In this document: positions 1-9,900 of the stretch, piece after piece
How positions within the stretch are numbered: position 1 is the first letter of the stretch
Layout of the letters: the number at the start of each line of letters is the position of its first letter
IMG/VR virus record: IMGVR_UViG_3300018424_000006
Location: 62,001-126,000 of that record
Direction: 5' to 3' (one strand)
DNA: 64,000 nucleotides
Translations under genes and position numbers: made by a program
Notes under the pieces: generated by a model
Told to the model about the DNA's origin: nothing
Databases searched by the model: none
What the model saw: only the letters and a program-made list of their open reading frames with translations

Positions 1-1593
1 ATTACAGTGACTGCTACAGACTCTGTAGGAGCTTCTGGACAGAATACCATTACTCTAGAAGTTGTAGGCGAGGCGGTAACGACATTTGCGTACTTAACAA
101 ACGACGTAAGTGTTATTGCTCCGTATTATGACGCAGGGCAGCCTGCCAAATTAGGTACGGTAACCGACCCTGTTACTGGTGTAACTATTCGCCGTATGTC
201 AGATTCATCTACTGACTTGCAGCAATCCGATCAAGGTCTAAATGGTTATTCAAGATGGACCCAGATTAATTCGGACGGGACTAAGTTGCTGATCTTCGGT
301 TCGAACTCTACTTCGTGTACAGTCCTAGAAGTTTCTACTGGCGCTGTCGTAGCATATTTAGCTTATGACGACTCTGGCAATGGCGTGACTACATTAGGTA
401 TGGCCCATGAAGTAAGATGGGACTTATCTGGTAATCACCCCAATCGAGTTTATTTTAGAAATGGCACCCAATTCTTTCAGATTGATGATGTTACTCAGAA
501 CAACAATGCCGATCGATCTAACCCAACTAGATCCGTTATTAAAGACTTTGAATCATTAATAACGTGGCCATCGGGTAGTTCTGGCCATCAGATAGAAAAT
601 GATCAAGAAGGCGACTCGTCTAATGACTCCGACCATTGGGCATTTATGGCGACGTATTATGAGGCTGCTGGAGATACGACTCGCTGTAGAGCATTTATCC
701 ATTACCAGATCTCTACCGATACAATGCACATTATGTATCCTAGTGACTTAGCCGGTGCTCCTGTAGCGACCTTTAGGATAAACGATTCAAGTGATTTTGC
801 CAGTCTTGATAGTATTAAGGATATGGATTATTTCCCTGCTCGTCCTAACATGGTAGAGATATCTCCACTAGGTACAGGGTTTGTAATCCATAACGGTCGG
901 GCTTGGGACCCGGCTACAACCATCTCGGGTACTTGGTTCGATGGTCCTCATTTATGGCCTCTAGATTTAGATTGGCAGCGTGAAGCGCCTTTCAGAATCT
1001 CTATTGACCAATCTCACTCCGGCTGGGCGTTTGCTAAAGACGGAAGAGAGATGTTTGTTTATCAGGACAACAGACGTGACTTCCTAACTGCCACCTATAT
1101 CAGTGGTGCAGTTAAAGGTTATAACCTTAATTCTGATGCCGGTCCTAATGACGTTACTAATGAAGGTAGTATAGATTTCGCTTATCATAGCGATCTATCG
1201 TGGACTGGATTCCACTTTGGTAAGATGCCTCCTAATCGTCCAGGATTTGTTATGGTATCTACCTACTCAGGCGGTATCGACGAATGGGCCGATGAACAGC
1301 TTCTTATGATCGAAATTAAAGATAAAGATGCTCCCACACCCCCTAAGATTCTTAGGATTGCTCCTATGTACCATGAGTATGAAAGTGCTTACTGGGATGA
1401 AGCAACTGCTAGTATGGACGTAACTGGAAATATAATTTGTGTGGCTCAGAACTGGGGTCTTGCAAATGGTGCTTCAAATGAAGTATATTTCTATGAACTA
1501 CCTAACGACTGGCATGCGAAGTTATCTGCGCCGACGTGGTATCCTCCGGAATACTACCAAACCGTAATTGTAAATAGTGTAGAGGTGGTCTAG
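1..1593 (+). CDS. Tail-associated protein, 5'-truncated: end of an Ig-like domain followed by a probable beta-propeller
   Basis: Frame is open from base 1 (ITVTATDSVGASGQNTITLEV, typical Ig/PKD-like C-terminal strand). DPVTGVTIRRMSD, NSDGTKLLI and W-rich blade-like segments suggest a TolB/oligogalacturonate-lyase-like propeller. Confidence 0.5.
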   Translation: MTVTATDSVGASGQNTITLEVVGEAVTTFAYLTNDVSVIAPYYDAGQPAKLGTVTDPVTGVTIRRMSDSSTDLQQSDQGLNGYSRWTQINSDGTKLLIFGSNSTSCTVLEVSTGAVVAYLAYDDSGNGVTTLGMAHEVRWDLSGNHPNRVYFRNGTQFFQIDDVTQNNNADRSNPTRSVIKDFESLITWPSGSSGHQIENDQEGDSSNDSDHWAFMATYYEAAGDTTRCRAFIHYQISTDTMHIMYPSDLAGAPVATFRINDSSDFASLDSIKDMDYFPARPNMVEISPLGTGFVIHNGRAWDPATTISGTWFDGPHLWPLDLDWQREAPFRISIDQSHSGWAFAKDGREMFVYQDNRRDFLTATYISGAVKGYNLNSDAGPNDVTNEGSIDFAYHSDLSWTGFHFGKMPPNRPGFVMVSTYSGGIDEWADEQLLMIEIKDKDAPTPPKILRIAPMYHEYESAYWDEATASMDVTGNIICVAQNWGLANGASNEVYFYELPNDWHAKLSAPTWYPPEYYQTVIVNSVEVV

Positions 1594-2729
1594 TGGCTAT
1601 TAATTTAACTCTGGATACTGATCCATTACAGGCTAATGGCTCAACTATCTTTAATACATTTGAAGACTTAAAAGCATATATAACGACTACTTACGGCAAT
1701 AGCTGGACCGGACAAGGAACATTAACTGTTACGTGTCAATCTAGTGACGGCCAGCCTTATGTAGGTGGTATTGTTGTAGACGACTTCGTCCCTAGTGAAA
1801 CAGATAATATGATTATCCGTGCCGTTAAAGTGGGCAATACTCCATTCCGCCAAACACCCCCAGATAACTTTACTAGTTCTCTTATAGGTATAGCTGACGA
1901 CTATGTTGACGTTATAACGGAATTAGGCACTTGGTTCTTGGATGGAAGTCAGGGAGCGATTAATAATCACTTCTTCTGTCACTCTTCTAAGGCGGGTGTA
2001 ACTGAAGGGATTGTTCTTCTAGGAAATGGTACGACTACAGGCGCTGCGTTATATGCAGGGTCATATGCACGTACTTATCGAAAATGTATCGTTAAAGATT
2101 TTCATCGTCCTTTCTATGGCGCTTTCCGTGACGGTAGTACTGTACTGAATATTGATCAGTGTGTTTTCATAGATAATGTTTATGGCCGTAGTGCTAATAC
2201 TATCTCTAATTCAATACTGATTAATACACCTATTCAGACTCAATACGGTATTCATAGTTCATCTAACAACAACGCATATACACAAAGTCAAACCATTGAC
2301 ATGTATAGCGATGCTGTTATGGGCGATGCGAATTCCGTATTTGATTTCGTTGCGGTAGATCATGTTGCGGCCAGAGCAGATGGCGGAGTAAACATTATTG
2401 TAGGTTCCCCGCTAGCGACGACTGCCTCTGACGGCGGACCTGTAGGCGCGGATGCTTTGATCATTACTCCTGCCACTATAGCAACCAATATTACTCGAGG
2501 CGCTAGTTTCGATATTGTACTGGAAGGTCATACGGCAGGACCATCTACCGAATGGGTAGATGTCGTGATTAAAGATGTGGCTGGTGATGGGACAGAATAT
2601 CCTTGTACGGTAACTACCTATACAGATATTTTGATTCAAGCTACTGCTCCAGATACAGGGGCGATTGCAGCTATGTCGGGTGCTCAAGTCATTGTTCGTT
2701 ATAAGAGCAAATTGGGGTACTTCGAATAG
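1593..2729 (+). CDS. Putative tail/virion protein with parallel beta-helix region
   Basis: GTG start overlaps the upstream TAG, RBS GAGGTGG; N/S/T-rich beta-helix-like segments (NIDQCVFIDN, TISNSILIN, SSNNNAY). Confidence 0.5.
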   Translation: MAINLTLDTDPLQANGSTIFNTFEDLKAYITTTYGNSWTGQGTLTVTCQSSDGQPYVGGIVVDDFVPSETDNMIIRAVKVGNTPFRQTPPDNFTSSLIGIADDYVDVITELGTWFLDGSQGAINNHFFCHSSKAGVTEGIVLLGNGTTTGAALYAGSYARTYRKCIVKDFHRPFYGAFRDGSTVLNIDQCVFIDNVYGRSANTISNSILINTPIQTQYGIHSSSNNNAYTQSQTIDMYSDAVMGDANSVFDFVAVDHVAARADGGVNIIVGSPLATTASDGGPVGADALIITPATIATNITRGASFDIVLEGHTAGPSTEWVDVVIKDVAGDGTEYPCTVTTYTDILIQATAPDTGAIAAMSGAQVIVRYKSKLGYFE

Positions 2730-2771
2730 AGTTCTTATGATCGAATTCTATGTGATCAATACCTTTTAAGC

Positions 2772-2800
2772 TAGGACAGGGTCTCACGGCCCTGTCCTAG
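2772..2800 (+). terminator. Stem-loop terminator
   Basis: CTAGGACAGGG/CCCTGTCCTAG inverted repeat followed by TCTATGCTTTT. Confidence 0.65.
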
Positions 2801-2822
2801 TCTATGCTTTACAAAAGGAAGT

Positions 2823-5501
2823 ATGAATATGACAAACACATTAGAAACGGTATTTCAAACCGCTACCTCAAGGATGAAACAGTCGCAAGAGAAGCTTGCT
2901 GCTGACGTCAACCAAGTAGATGATGATACCGATTTAAATAAAAATTTAATTGACCAGCTTCGTAGTGACCTTACGGAAGTACAACGAGCTATTCTTAACC
3001 TTCCGACATACACACCTTCATTACCTACTGTTTTTGCGATTGTTCGTGACAATGAAGTTCAAACTAGTTGGCCGGGTAGTCATGCTACTCCGCTAGATGC
3101 CTCTATTAAAGTAGCAGATGCAAATCTAGTCTGGACAATGCGTAAAGAATTGAATGATTTAATTACATCATTCGATATGCTAGATGGTACAGCAGATGCA
3201 GACTGGAGAACTAACCTAAACGACATGTTAGGTTGGATCAGTACTAACACAGCTAATCTAGAAGCATTAGGTACAGCTAATGCTACTCAGAACGGTTTTA
3301 TGTCTTCCACTCAGGCCATAAAGCTTGCTGGTCTCCCTGAACCAGAAAACGCTATGAGTAGAAATGGTAGTTCTACTTGGCTTGGTAATTCGACGACCAG
3401 TTTGTTAACAGTAAGTCCTACTCAGTCTGCGACTACCTCTTCATGGAATGTTGGCATTGCGTTTCAAAATTCTGAGTCAGGGTCAAGTAACCCCGGCCTT
3501 TTACGCGCTTTCGGTAATGCTGACGCGATCAGCTATTTACAGCTTACTACTAAACCGACAGACAATGGCCTTAGAGTCTATCCAGATAGGCTGCTCTGGA
3601 ACAGCGACGAAGTTTATCATGAAGGGAATCTGCCCATTCAACCTAATAGCTACACGGCTAATGAGGGCGATTTACTTGAATCTGGAACTCAGACGTTAGG
3701 GCAGACGTACCATACTGGAGACCCGGCCTATAAATGGGAGACCGTTAATAAAGCTATACATCCTGGAGGCCTAGGTCAATCTAGACGTGCTTGCTTCGTA
3801 ATCGGCTTCAATGCTTCAACGGTAGATGATGCCACAAATAACGTATCATTCGATCCAAGTGGTGTCAGGGGCATTCTTCGCGGAATAGACAGCAGTGGGG
3901 GCAGTAGCGATAGGGATATTGTGGAGGTAGAACTTGATGTTCTTTCATTTGGTCCATGTCAAGATCTAGATCAATACTATGCCAAAAGCAGCATACTTAC
4001 CAACAGGCCAGATCTAGTAACCGGCCATTCAGTTAAATTATCTGACGGTCGTTTTGTTAGCCTTTTGGAATTTACGCCTGATGGCGAAAAGTATAATTGG
4101 ACTTTCAATGGGGATATCATTCAAGGGGGCCCGGGGGGAGATATTGTTGGCACTGGCATAAGTAGCGTCTCTATAGATACCTACCTAGGTGACTTCGGTA
4201 AAATCCGAGCTACTCAAGAGCAGGTGAGAAGCTTCTTGGATCGTAAGAACGGAAGTATTTCCTTTGGTTCGGGTGGTGATTTTGCTACTCTCTATGCGGC
4301 ATGGAATTATGTTACTCTTCTTGATTATTATGAAGGCGGAGTGACCATGGGGCCTACTGGGGCAATAACGTGTGATGATATTATCACAATCTCTAATAGA
4401 AACTTATCTTGGATAACTGTTTCTGGCGGCATTAATACCACTAACTGCATTAGTATAGGCGCACTATCAACACGTATTGTAGATCTAGGTTATAATAATA
4501 ACACCCATGCCGAATACCCCCTCTTCTATACATCGAATGGTGGAACCGGCCCTAACTTGACTGGCTTCTTTAAGTTTACGGAATCTACCAGCGCCTCTAT
4601 ATATAGATCTCTGGCGGGCGTCGATGGCCCCGGGAGTACTCAGAAACTAGCCGTCGTTAGATTGGCGGGAGGTGGTCCGGGCAAACGCGATAAAGGCGTC
4701 ATTTCTAATAATGGTGCGGCAATTAGATTGGAAGATGTCGACTTTGATAATCTTTATTTTGGTTATCAGGCCGAAAAGCTAGGTACTATCATATTAAGTG
4801 ATGGGTGTAGTATTACTGACTGCTGGAGAGGAGGTATCCTTATAAACTCTGGAATTGTCAATAGTCGCCAGACGACCTATCGGGATAACAATGAAGATCT
4901 GATTATTATACGCCGATCAGACTACTACGGCTCCTCTGACGTTTTTAACAAAACAGAGGCCGGAATAAGCATCATGGTAAACGGATCTTCTCTAAAGTTA
5001 GCGTCAACGGTTCTAACGATTGCAAGTACGCTTACACCATCCTCTCCTCTTATAGAGGCAGATGATGGGTCTGATATTAACTTGGAGGTAGTTAATCTTT
5101 ATACCGAGTCTTCGACTACACTAGCCCCCGTTCTAGTTGAACTAAGGGAGAAGTCTAAGCTACATTGTAAGCAGGTTAACCTTAAAGGGTTTGAGTCAGC
5201 CATCACTGCCTATGATGGATCTAGTATTGTATTTGAACTGGCAATACCTGCGATACCGAACTCTGGAGGCCTGAACGGTAGATTCTTCACTCTATATAGT
5301 GGAAGTGAGGCATATTGCAATTCCTTCACATCTATCGATAGGGTGGAAGGTATTGGAGCAATTACGCAAGGCTCTAGAGTATTTGAAAGTAATCTAGAGA
5401 ATGGACTAGGCATCGGCTTCGGCTCTGGTATTTATGTTACGGGCAATCGGGACACCTGGTCCGTACACGGTATAGTTTATTCACCGAGTAGTATTGCGTA
5501 A
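2823..5501 (+). CDS. Tail fibre/tailspike-like protein with C-terminal pectin-lyase-like beta-helix
   Basis: N-terminal coiled coil; ATQNGFMSSTQAIKLAGL and WNSDEVYHEGN tail-fibre motifs; GSGGDFATLYAA motif preceding a beta-helix. Confidence 0.7.
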   Translation: MNMTNTLETVFQTATSRMKQSQEKLAADVNQVDDDTDLNKNLIDQLRSDLTEVQRAILNLPTYTPSLPTVFAIVRDNEVQTSWPGSHATPLDASIKVADANLVWTMRKELNDLITSFDMLDGTADADWRTNLNDMLGWISTNTANLEALGTANATQNGFMSSTQAIKLAGLPEPENAMSRNGSSTWLGNSTTSLLTVSPTQSATTSSWNVGIAFQNSESGSSNPGLLRAFGNADAISYLQLTTKPTDNGLRVYPDRLLWNSDEVYHEGNLPIQPNSYTANEGDLLESGTQTLGQTYHTGDPAYKWETVNKAIHPGGLGQSRRACFVIGFNASTVDDATNNVSFDPSGVRGILRGIDSSGGSSDRDIVEVELDVLSFGPCQDLDQYYAKSSILTNRPDLVTGHSVKLSDGRFVSLLEFTPDGEKYNWTFNGDIIQGGPGGDIVGTGISSVSIDTYLGDFGKIRATQEQVRSFLDRKNGSISFGSGGDFATLYAAWNYVTLLDYYEGGVTMGPTGAITCDDIITISNRNLSWITVSGGINTTNCISIGALSTRIVDLGYNNNTHAEYPLFYTSNGGTGPNLTGFFKFTESTSASIYRSLAGVDGPGSTQKLAVVRLAGGGPGKRDKGVISNNGAAIRLEDVDFDNLYFGYQAEKLGTIILSDGCSITDCWRGGILINSGIVNSRQTTYRDNNEDLIIIRRSDYYGSSDVFNKTEAGISIMVNGSSLKLASTVLTIASTLTPSSPLIEADDGSDINLEVVNLYTESSTTLAPVLVELREKSKLHCKQVNLKGFESAITAYDGSSIVFELAIPAIPNSGGLNGRFFTLYSGSEAYCNSFTSIDRVEGIGAITQGSRVFESNLENGLGIGFGSGIYVTGNRDTWSVHGIVYSPSSIA

Positions 5502-5626
5502 AGCTAATTTTATGTATGGGAGGTTCGTCCTCCTAGACATAAAGCATCCTAGGTTTCTTGCATTTTGTAAGATTAGTATTTAACTGGCCTTGTTAGCTTT
5601 TGCTAATAAGAGGTACGGAGATAGCC

Positions 5627-5725
5627 ATGGCTTCACAAGTAAAACGAACGTTACCCTACGTTCCATATGCAGCTGTAGTAGCAATTAATATTGTTATCTA
5701 TTCGGCAAATGTATTAGCGGGGTAG
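5627..5725 (+). CDS. 32-aa hydrophobic peptide MASQVKRTLPYVPYAAVVAINIVIYSANVLAG (below ORF-track cutoff)
   Basis: GGAG RBS 6 nt upstream of ATG; basic N-terminus plus one TM-length hydrophobic run; embedded in hairpins. Confidence 0.5.
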   Translation: MASQVKRTLPYVPYAAVVAINIVIYSANVLAG

Positions 5726-5811
5726 CGTCGGTTGCAGTGTGTGACCCCCCATGCGTTATCGTAGTTTGCATAACCAAAGTCAAGCACGCAATTGAATGTT
5801 ATTTCCTATAT

Positions 5812-5856
5812 AAGAACTAGAGTAAGAAAGGTAGTCTATTCTAGTTCTTCTTTTAA
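5812..5856 (+). terminator. Stem-loop terminator
   Basis: AAGAACTAGAGT...ATTCTAGTTCTT stem followed by CTTTTAA. Confidence 0.55.
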
Positions 5857-5911
5857 TTATTCGTCGTGCAGTTAATTTGAATAATAATAATTCTTAAGAG
5901 GGATTTAACAA

Positions 5912-6370
5912 ATGAAAAACACTTTGCTTTATAATATTCCGATTGCTCTTTTTGGAGTATTAACAGCTCTCGTGTTCTACAAACCAGTTCAGCCTAACTA
6001 TATAGTTAATATGTTCTATTTTGTAGACATTCTCATGAATGCTTTAACGGGCGGTAATGGTACTATTACTGTTTCTGCACGTACTGGCTTTTACGATAGA
6101 CATAAACCTGCACGCCATGCTTATAGTCGATGGTTCTGGGACAAAGCTGCCAGAATTATTAACTTCACGTTCTATCCAATGGATGGACCGGGGCACTGTG
6201 AACAGGCTTATGTCTGGGCGCGCGATAACGTACTTCAAGGTAAAGATGATGAGATCGGTTTTATGCATGGACCTAAGTGGTCTTTAGTAATACTGATGTT
6301 AGTTATTATTTTAGCTTGTATAGTCTTAATTCCAGTTTTACGCATAGGTAAGTTATTTAAACTGTATTAG
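5912..6370 (+). CDS. Membrane protein, D-x3-N-x3-GG-x4-TxSAR family
   Basis: RBS GAGGG; N- and C-terminal TM segments; DILMNALTGGNGTITVSARTG and GHC motifs. Confidence 0.6.
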   Translation: MKNTLLYNIPIALFGVLTALVFYKPVQPNYIVNMFYFVDILMNALTGGNGTITVSARTGFYDRHKPARHAYSRWFWDKAARIINFTFYPMDGPGHCEQAYVWARDNVLQGKDDEIGFMHGPKWSLVILMLVIILACIVLIPVLRIGKLFKLY

Positions 6371-6441
6371 GACGATCGATTTCCAGTTAATCTTTAGGTT
6401 AAGAAGTCGATAAAGAATAACAAACGAAAAAGGATTTAGAT

Positions 6442-6789
6442 ATGGCCAATATCGATTATGTTGTCGAGTGGTTCTTCCAAGGGTACGAGATAACAGATCC
6501 CAAAGTAGTTTCCTTTAGGGAATTGCATTGGGAAGGGACAGGCTGTCAGTGGGTCGTACAGCGCTCCTCAGGAGTCGCTTACGCATTAGCCCTACTAAGT
6601 CAGCGTGTTGGACCAGAAGTGGCCGTAGAGAGCCTTCAAATAGCTCTCAACGATTTAATCTACGGTAAGATAAGTGTAATTGATGAAGACGGTGTCATGG
6701 CTCCGGTTGTGATTGCTCGTCTAGATAACATCTTGGCTTCATTGCCAGATGCAGAACCATTCATCATAAGCTTCCTTAACGAATTTTAA
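6442..6789 (+). CDS. Hypothetical protein
   Basis: RBS AAGGA; 115-aa ORF ending at a terminator. Confidence 0.7.
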   Translation: MANIDYVVEWFFQGYEITDPKVVSFRELHWEGTGCQWVVQRSSGVAYALALLSQRVGPEVAVESLQIALNDLIYGKISVIDEDGVMAPVVIARLDNILASLPDAEPFIISFLNEF

Positions 6790-6790
6790 A

Positions 6791-6845
6791 CAAAAAAATA
6801 AAGCTACCCTACTAGCCTGAGCTAGTAGGGTAGTGTCTTTATGCA
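6791..6845. terminator. Bidirectional terminator
   Basis: CTACCCTACTAGC-CTGA-GCTAGTAGGGTAG between convergent genes; near-identical copy at 57350-57404. Confidence 0.8.
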
Positions 6846-7555
6846 CCTAGTTCATATTCTTCAGATGGTGCCTTAGGTGATTCTTCATCATCCTCAGGAC
6901 CATCGTCAGCACCTTTCATAAGTTGTTCATCTTCTCTGATTCGTGCAGTCTTAGAAGTGAAGTCTTTTTGAATGATGATTGATTCAGTAGGATTGAACTG
7001 AGCAAACAAACGACTCTCAGGAGCGTCTGAAATATCCAGTTCGTAATCCACTGAAAAGAAGTCAGATAGTTTCGTATCTTCATCCTGCTTATCTTTAATA
7101 AGCTGACGAATACGATAGACTTGATAGCTAGACTCGTCGTCTATTTCACTTACACTCCAACCGTAGTTATAGTGTTCAATGTAATAGTTGCCCATAAGGA
7201 TGATGAAGTTACCTACATTGTTAATGACAATGCCGGGAGCTAATGCTTCCAATTTCATTACTACATCAACAAGCATCTTCTCAGAATCTACGGTCTTCCG
7301 TTCGATCCCTTCTAGTAATTCAGATAAACCGGGAATCTCATCAGGCTCGGCTACCAAAGGGTCTTTAGGGGAGCCGAAGTGCCTACCTAAACGAAAGTTC
7401 TCGTTAGCTTCAGACCATGCGTCCTGAAAGCTATGATACCAAGGACCTTCCGTAGCGAATATCCCTCTGTTAGCAAAGGCACCTAATGATGCTTTAACTA
7501 CTAGAGTATTTAGATATTTAATAACCAAGATTAAATAATACTTAAGCTGATTCAT
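6839..7555 (-). CDS. Hypothetical protein with acidic C-terminus
   Basis: 238-aa ORF overlapping the upstream gene; last gene of a minus-strand accessory operon. Confidence 0.7.
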   Translation of the reverse strand: MNQLKYYLILVIKYLNTLVVKASLGAFANRGIFATEGPWYHSFQDAWSEANENFRLGRHFGSPKDPLVAEPDEIPGLSELLEGIERKTVDSEKMLVDVVMKLEALAPGIVINNVGNFIILMGNYYIEHYNYGWSVSEIDDESSYQVYRIRQLIKDKQDEDTKLSDFFSVDYELDISDAPESRLFAQFNPTESIIIQKDFTSKTARIREDEQLMKGADDGPEDDEESPKAPSEEYELGA

Positions 7556-8078
7556 GTTTGCCTAGCCTCCATTCATTTTGGAATCGTGTTTCAAAAACAA
7601 CTAATGCTTCCCGTCCCTCTTTAATTTGAGAGGGATCTAAGAACTCTAGTTTCCGTTTTACTTCTGGTAGTAATGCACTGTTTATAAAGATATTAGGATG
7701 TTCAATATCGTCATATGCTTTATTGAGCAAATGCCCTACTACCGCACGAGCTAACGAAGTGCCTTTAGTCCTAACGCCATCCAAGCCATCATTGCTATCG
7801 CCTACCATATAGAGAGGGTTCTTGCCACTTCGAAATATGTTTAATTCGAAGTGGCTAATTAGCATCTCTAAATGAGCAGGGTTGTCAAATGGATTGAAGA
7901 ATCCAATTGGTTCACTACGGTCTGCAGATCCCGCTGGCTCCTGCCCTTCTTCAGGAAAGAACCAATACTTATCAGCACCGCCGCTATCCTTAGGATAACG
8001 ATGCCACCCAAAAGCCTGTCCTAAGAAGAGAACCATACTTAGATCAGTCATCAGCATCATTGCATCATTAACCTTCAT
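7542..8078 (-). CDS. NinX/DUF2591-like phage protein
   Basis: FNPFDNPAHLEMLISHFELNI and GTSLARAVVGHLL resemble that family; start moved to MKVNDA because of RBS AAGGAG. Confidence 0.45.
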   Translation of the reverse strand: MKVNDAMMLMTDLSMVLFLGQAFGWHRYPKDSGGADKYWFFPEEGQEPAGSADRSEPIGFFNPFDNPAHLEMLISHFELNIFRSGKNPLYMVGDSNDGLDGVRTKGTSLARAVVGHLLNKAYDDIEHPNIFINSALLPEVKRKLEFLDPSQIKEGREALVVFETRFQNEWRLGKHESA

Positions 8079-9057
8079 CTTGGCTGTCTCCTTTATATTC
8101 AAAGTCAGTCGGGCCGTCATAGATATAAACAATGTTACCAGCGTCTACTATCTGCTTCACTTTCTTAGTGCCTTTAAAACGTAAAGTAAGACGGAAGCCT
8201 TCGTTATACTCCATGTTGTAAAAGGCTTTAGGTTTAACTTCCCAATCATAGCCTTCTACTAAAACATAGCTGCAGTCCGAATCCATATACTTACCGTCTA
8301 CAACACGCCAACTATCGCCAGTGTATTCGTCAGTATCTAAAGTGCCGCTAAATTTATCATCGGCATAATAGACATGATGTTTAGAAGTAGTAAATGACTT
8401 AAGATAACCTTCTTCTTCGTCAAAGACTGCGCGGGAAAAGCGATTAGCGGGCTGGTTTATAACGTACTTACTGTTCTTGGTCAGCTCAATATACCGAGAA
8501 GCGTACCTCTGGGCGTACTTAGTTTCTGCCTTATGGTTACCATCTGGATCGCTGTAAAGCACTCGATGTTCTACTGACAGTTCGCCGTCAAGGAAGACCT
8601 TCGACAATTCGCCCTTAGCACTATACTCACGTAAAACATATTGAAAATCGCCAATCCATTCTTCCGTACAATTGTTATGCTCATCATATTTAACAATCTT
8701 GGGTTGAGAATTTTTTGAAGTTATTATGCACGTCTTACCGACTGTATCATAAGTTGACGTAAAAAATACGGTATCTGAAAACTGCATTGTACAAAAAGGA
8801 TAGCTACCAGCTTTTTGATAGAGAGTAATCACTGTCCCCGGACTGATCTTAAAGACGAGTCTATTTCCAGAGTCTTCAAGTATTTTATTCGGTCTGATAG
8901 CTTTAAGGGATTTGGCGTATATACATTCTGGCTTGTAGTCGATTTGCATTAAATCTTCAAACGACATACCTTCTAAGCCTAATTGCTCTATAGCTGTTCT
9001 GTCGACCGCAGAAAGATTCATAAGAGCCATGGTGACGTGGTTAATGGTTGTTATCAT
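8068..9057 (-). CDS. Hypothetical protein with short YD-like beta-hairpin repeats
   Basis: RBS GGAG; KYDEHNN, EYSAKGEL and VFDEEEGY segments. Confidence 0.65.
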   Translation of the reverse strand: MITTINHVTMALMNLSAVDRTAIEQLGLEGMSFEDLMQIDYKPECIYAKSLKAIRPNKILEDSGNRLVFKISPGTVITLYQKAGSYPFCTMQFSDTVFFTSTYDTVGKTCIITSKNSQPKIVKYDEHNNCTEEWIGDFQYVLREYSAKGELSKVFLDGELSVEHRVLYSDPDGNHKAETKYAQRYASRYIELTKNSKYVINQPANRFSRAVFDEEEGYLKSFTTSKHHVYYADDKFSGTLDTDEYTGDSWRVVDGKYMDSDCSYVLVEGYDWEVKPKAFYNMEYNEGFRLTLRFKGTKKVKQIVDAGNIVYIYDGPTDFEYKGDSQDEG

Positions 9058-9127
9058 TTTAATAGTTCTCCAACTATTTATTTCAACAAAAAATCGAAAT
9101 AAGCCTCTGCTAATTTCGACGGCAAAA

Positions 9128-9247
9128 AAGTAAACAGAGACCTAGCTGAGTTTTGACATCGCAATCTACACTCTACAGTCGCAGTACCTCCCTAAAATTA
9201 TTTATTTGCGGGAGGTTGCTAATGTTTAACTAGGTCTCTGTTTACTT
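9128..9247 (-). repeat. Perfect 18-bp inverted repeat enclosing 84 nt (structured 3' UTR/terminator or ncRNA)
   Basis: AAGTAAACAGAGACCTAG (9128-9145) / CTAGGTCTCTGTTTACTT (9230-9247); followed on the minus strand by TTTTGCCG. Confidence 0.75.
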
Positions 9248-9252
9248 ATTCT

Positions 9253-9492
9253 TTACGCAGCGCTAGCGTCTAGCTGACGATACGCATCGTTGGCTTTACG
9301 GGCCACACGAATATTTTGCTCCAAAGTCATAATGACAATATCTTGTTCAGGTACGTCATTGGGATTTGGATTTACTTTTTGGATTACTCCGTAGTCAGCT
9401 ACGAATTTATCCGACAAGCCAGCCAATAATTTTGTCTGTTTGTCTTGCAGTTTTTGGATCTTCTTTTTCTTGGTAGAGAATTGCTTACTCAT
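9253..9492 (-). CDS. Small basic hypothetical protein
   Basis: 79-aa ORF with RBS AAGGG. Confidence 0.65.
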   Translation of the reverse strand: MSKQFSTKKKKIQKLQDKQTKLLAGLSDKFVADYGVIQKVNPNPNDVPEQDIVIMTLEQNIRVARKANDAYRQLDASAA

Positions 9493-9506
9493 TTTTGCCC
9501 TTTCTT

Positions 9507-9887
9507 TTAGTTATAGGCTTCGCTCGGCACGGAGAAGCGGATAGTTGTTCTATCGTTCTCATTCACTACCTCATTCACCTCTGCGAATGATGCGTGACGT
9601 ATACCGAATTTCAGCTCTGCTTTTAAAGCAATACCAACGATCTGTTCCCATACATCAAGGATTGATACGTGAGTAAAGGCCTTATTCAAACACTCGAACC
9701 ACTGCTTCAGAATGGAACATTCGGATTGAGAGTCGGAACTAAACAGCGACCAAGATAGTGTGTCGTCACTTTCTTCTAGCCCGTTCTCCGGCAATTCGTA
9801 TTGTTTACTAAGTCTCAGTTCAACGGCAGTTACTTGCTGCATATCGTTAAACGAGATTGTAAAATTTTTTCCAGTTAATTCAGCCAT
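9507..9887 (-). CDS. Hypothetical protein
   Basis: 126-aa ORF, RBS AGGAG. Confidence 0.7.
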   Translation of the reverse strand: MAELTGKNFTISFNDMQQVTAVELRLSKQYELPENGLEESDDTLSWSLFSSDSQSECSILKQWFECLNKAFTHVSILDVWEQIVGIALKAELKFGIRHASFAEVNEVVNENDRTTIRFSVPSEAYN

Positions 9888-9900
9888 CTGTTTTCTCCTG

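Noticed and set aside
5509-5856. tmRNA or c-di-GMP-I riboswitch interpretation
   Set aside because: No acceptor stem, terminal T-arm or CCA; GGCAAA and TAGCGGGG fragments lack the GAAA tetraloop/receptor architecture.
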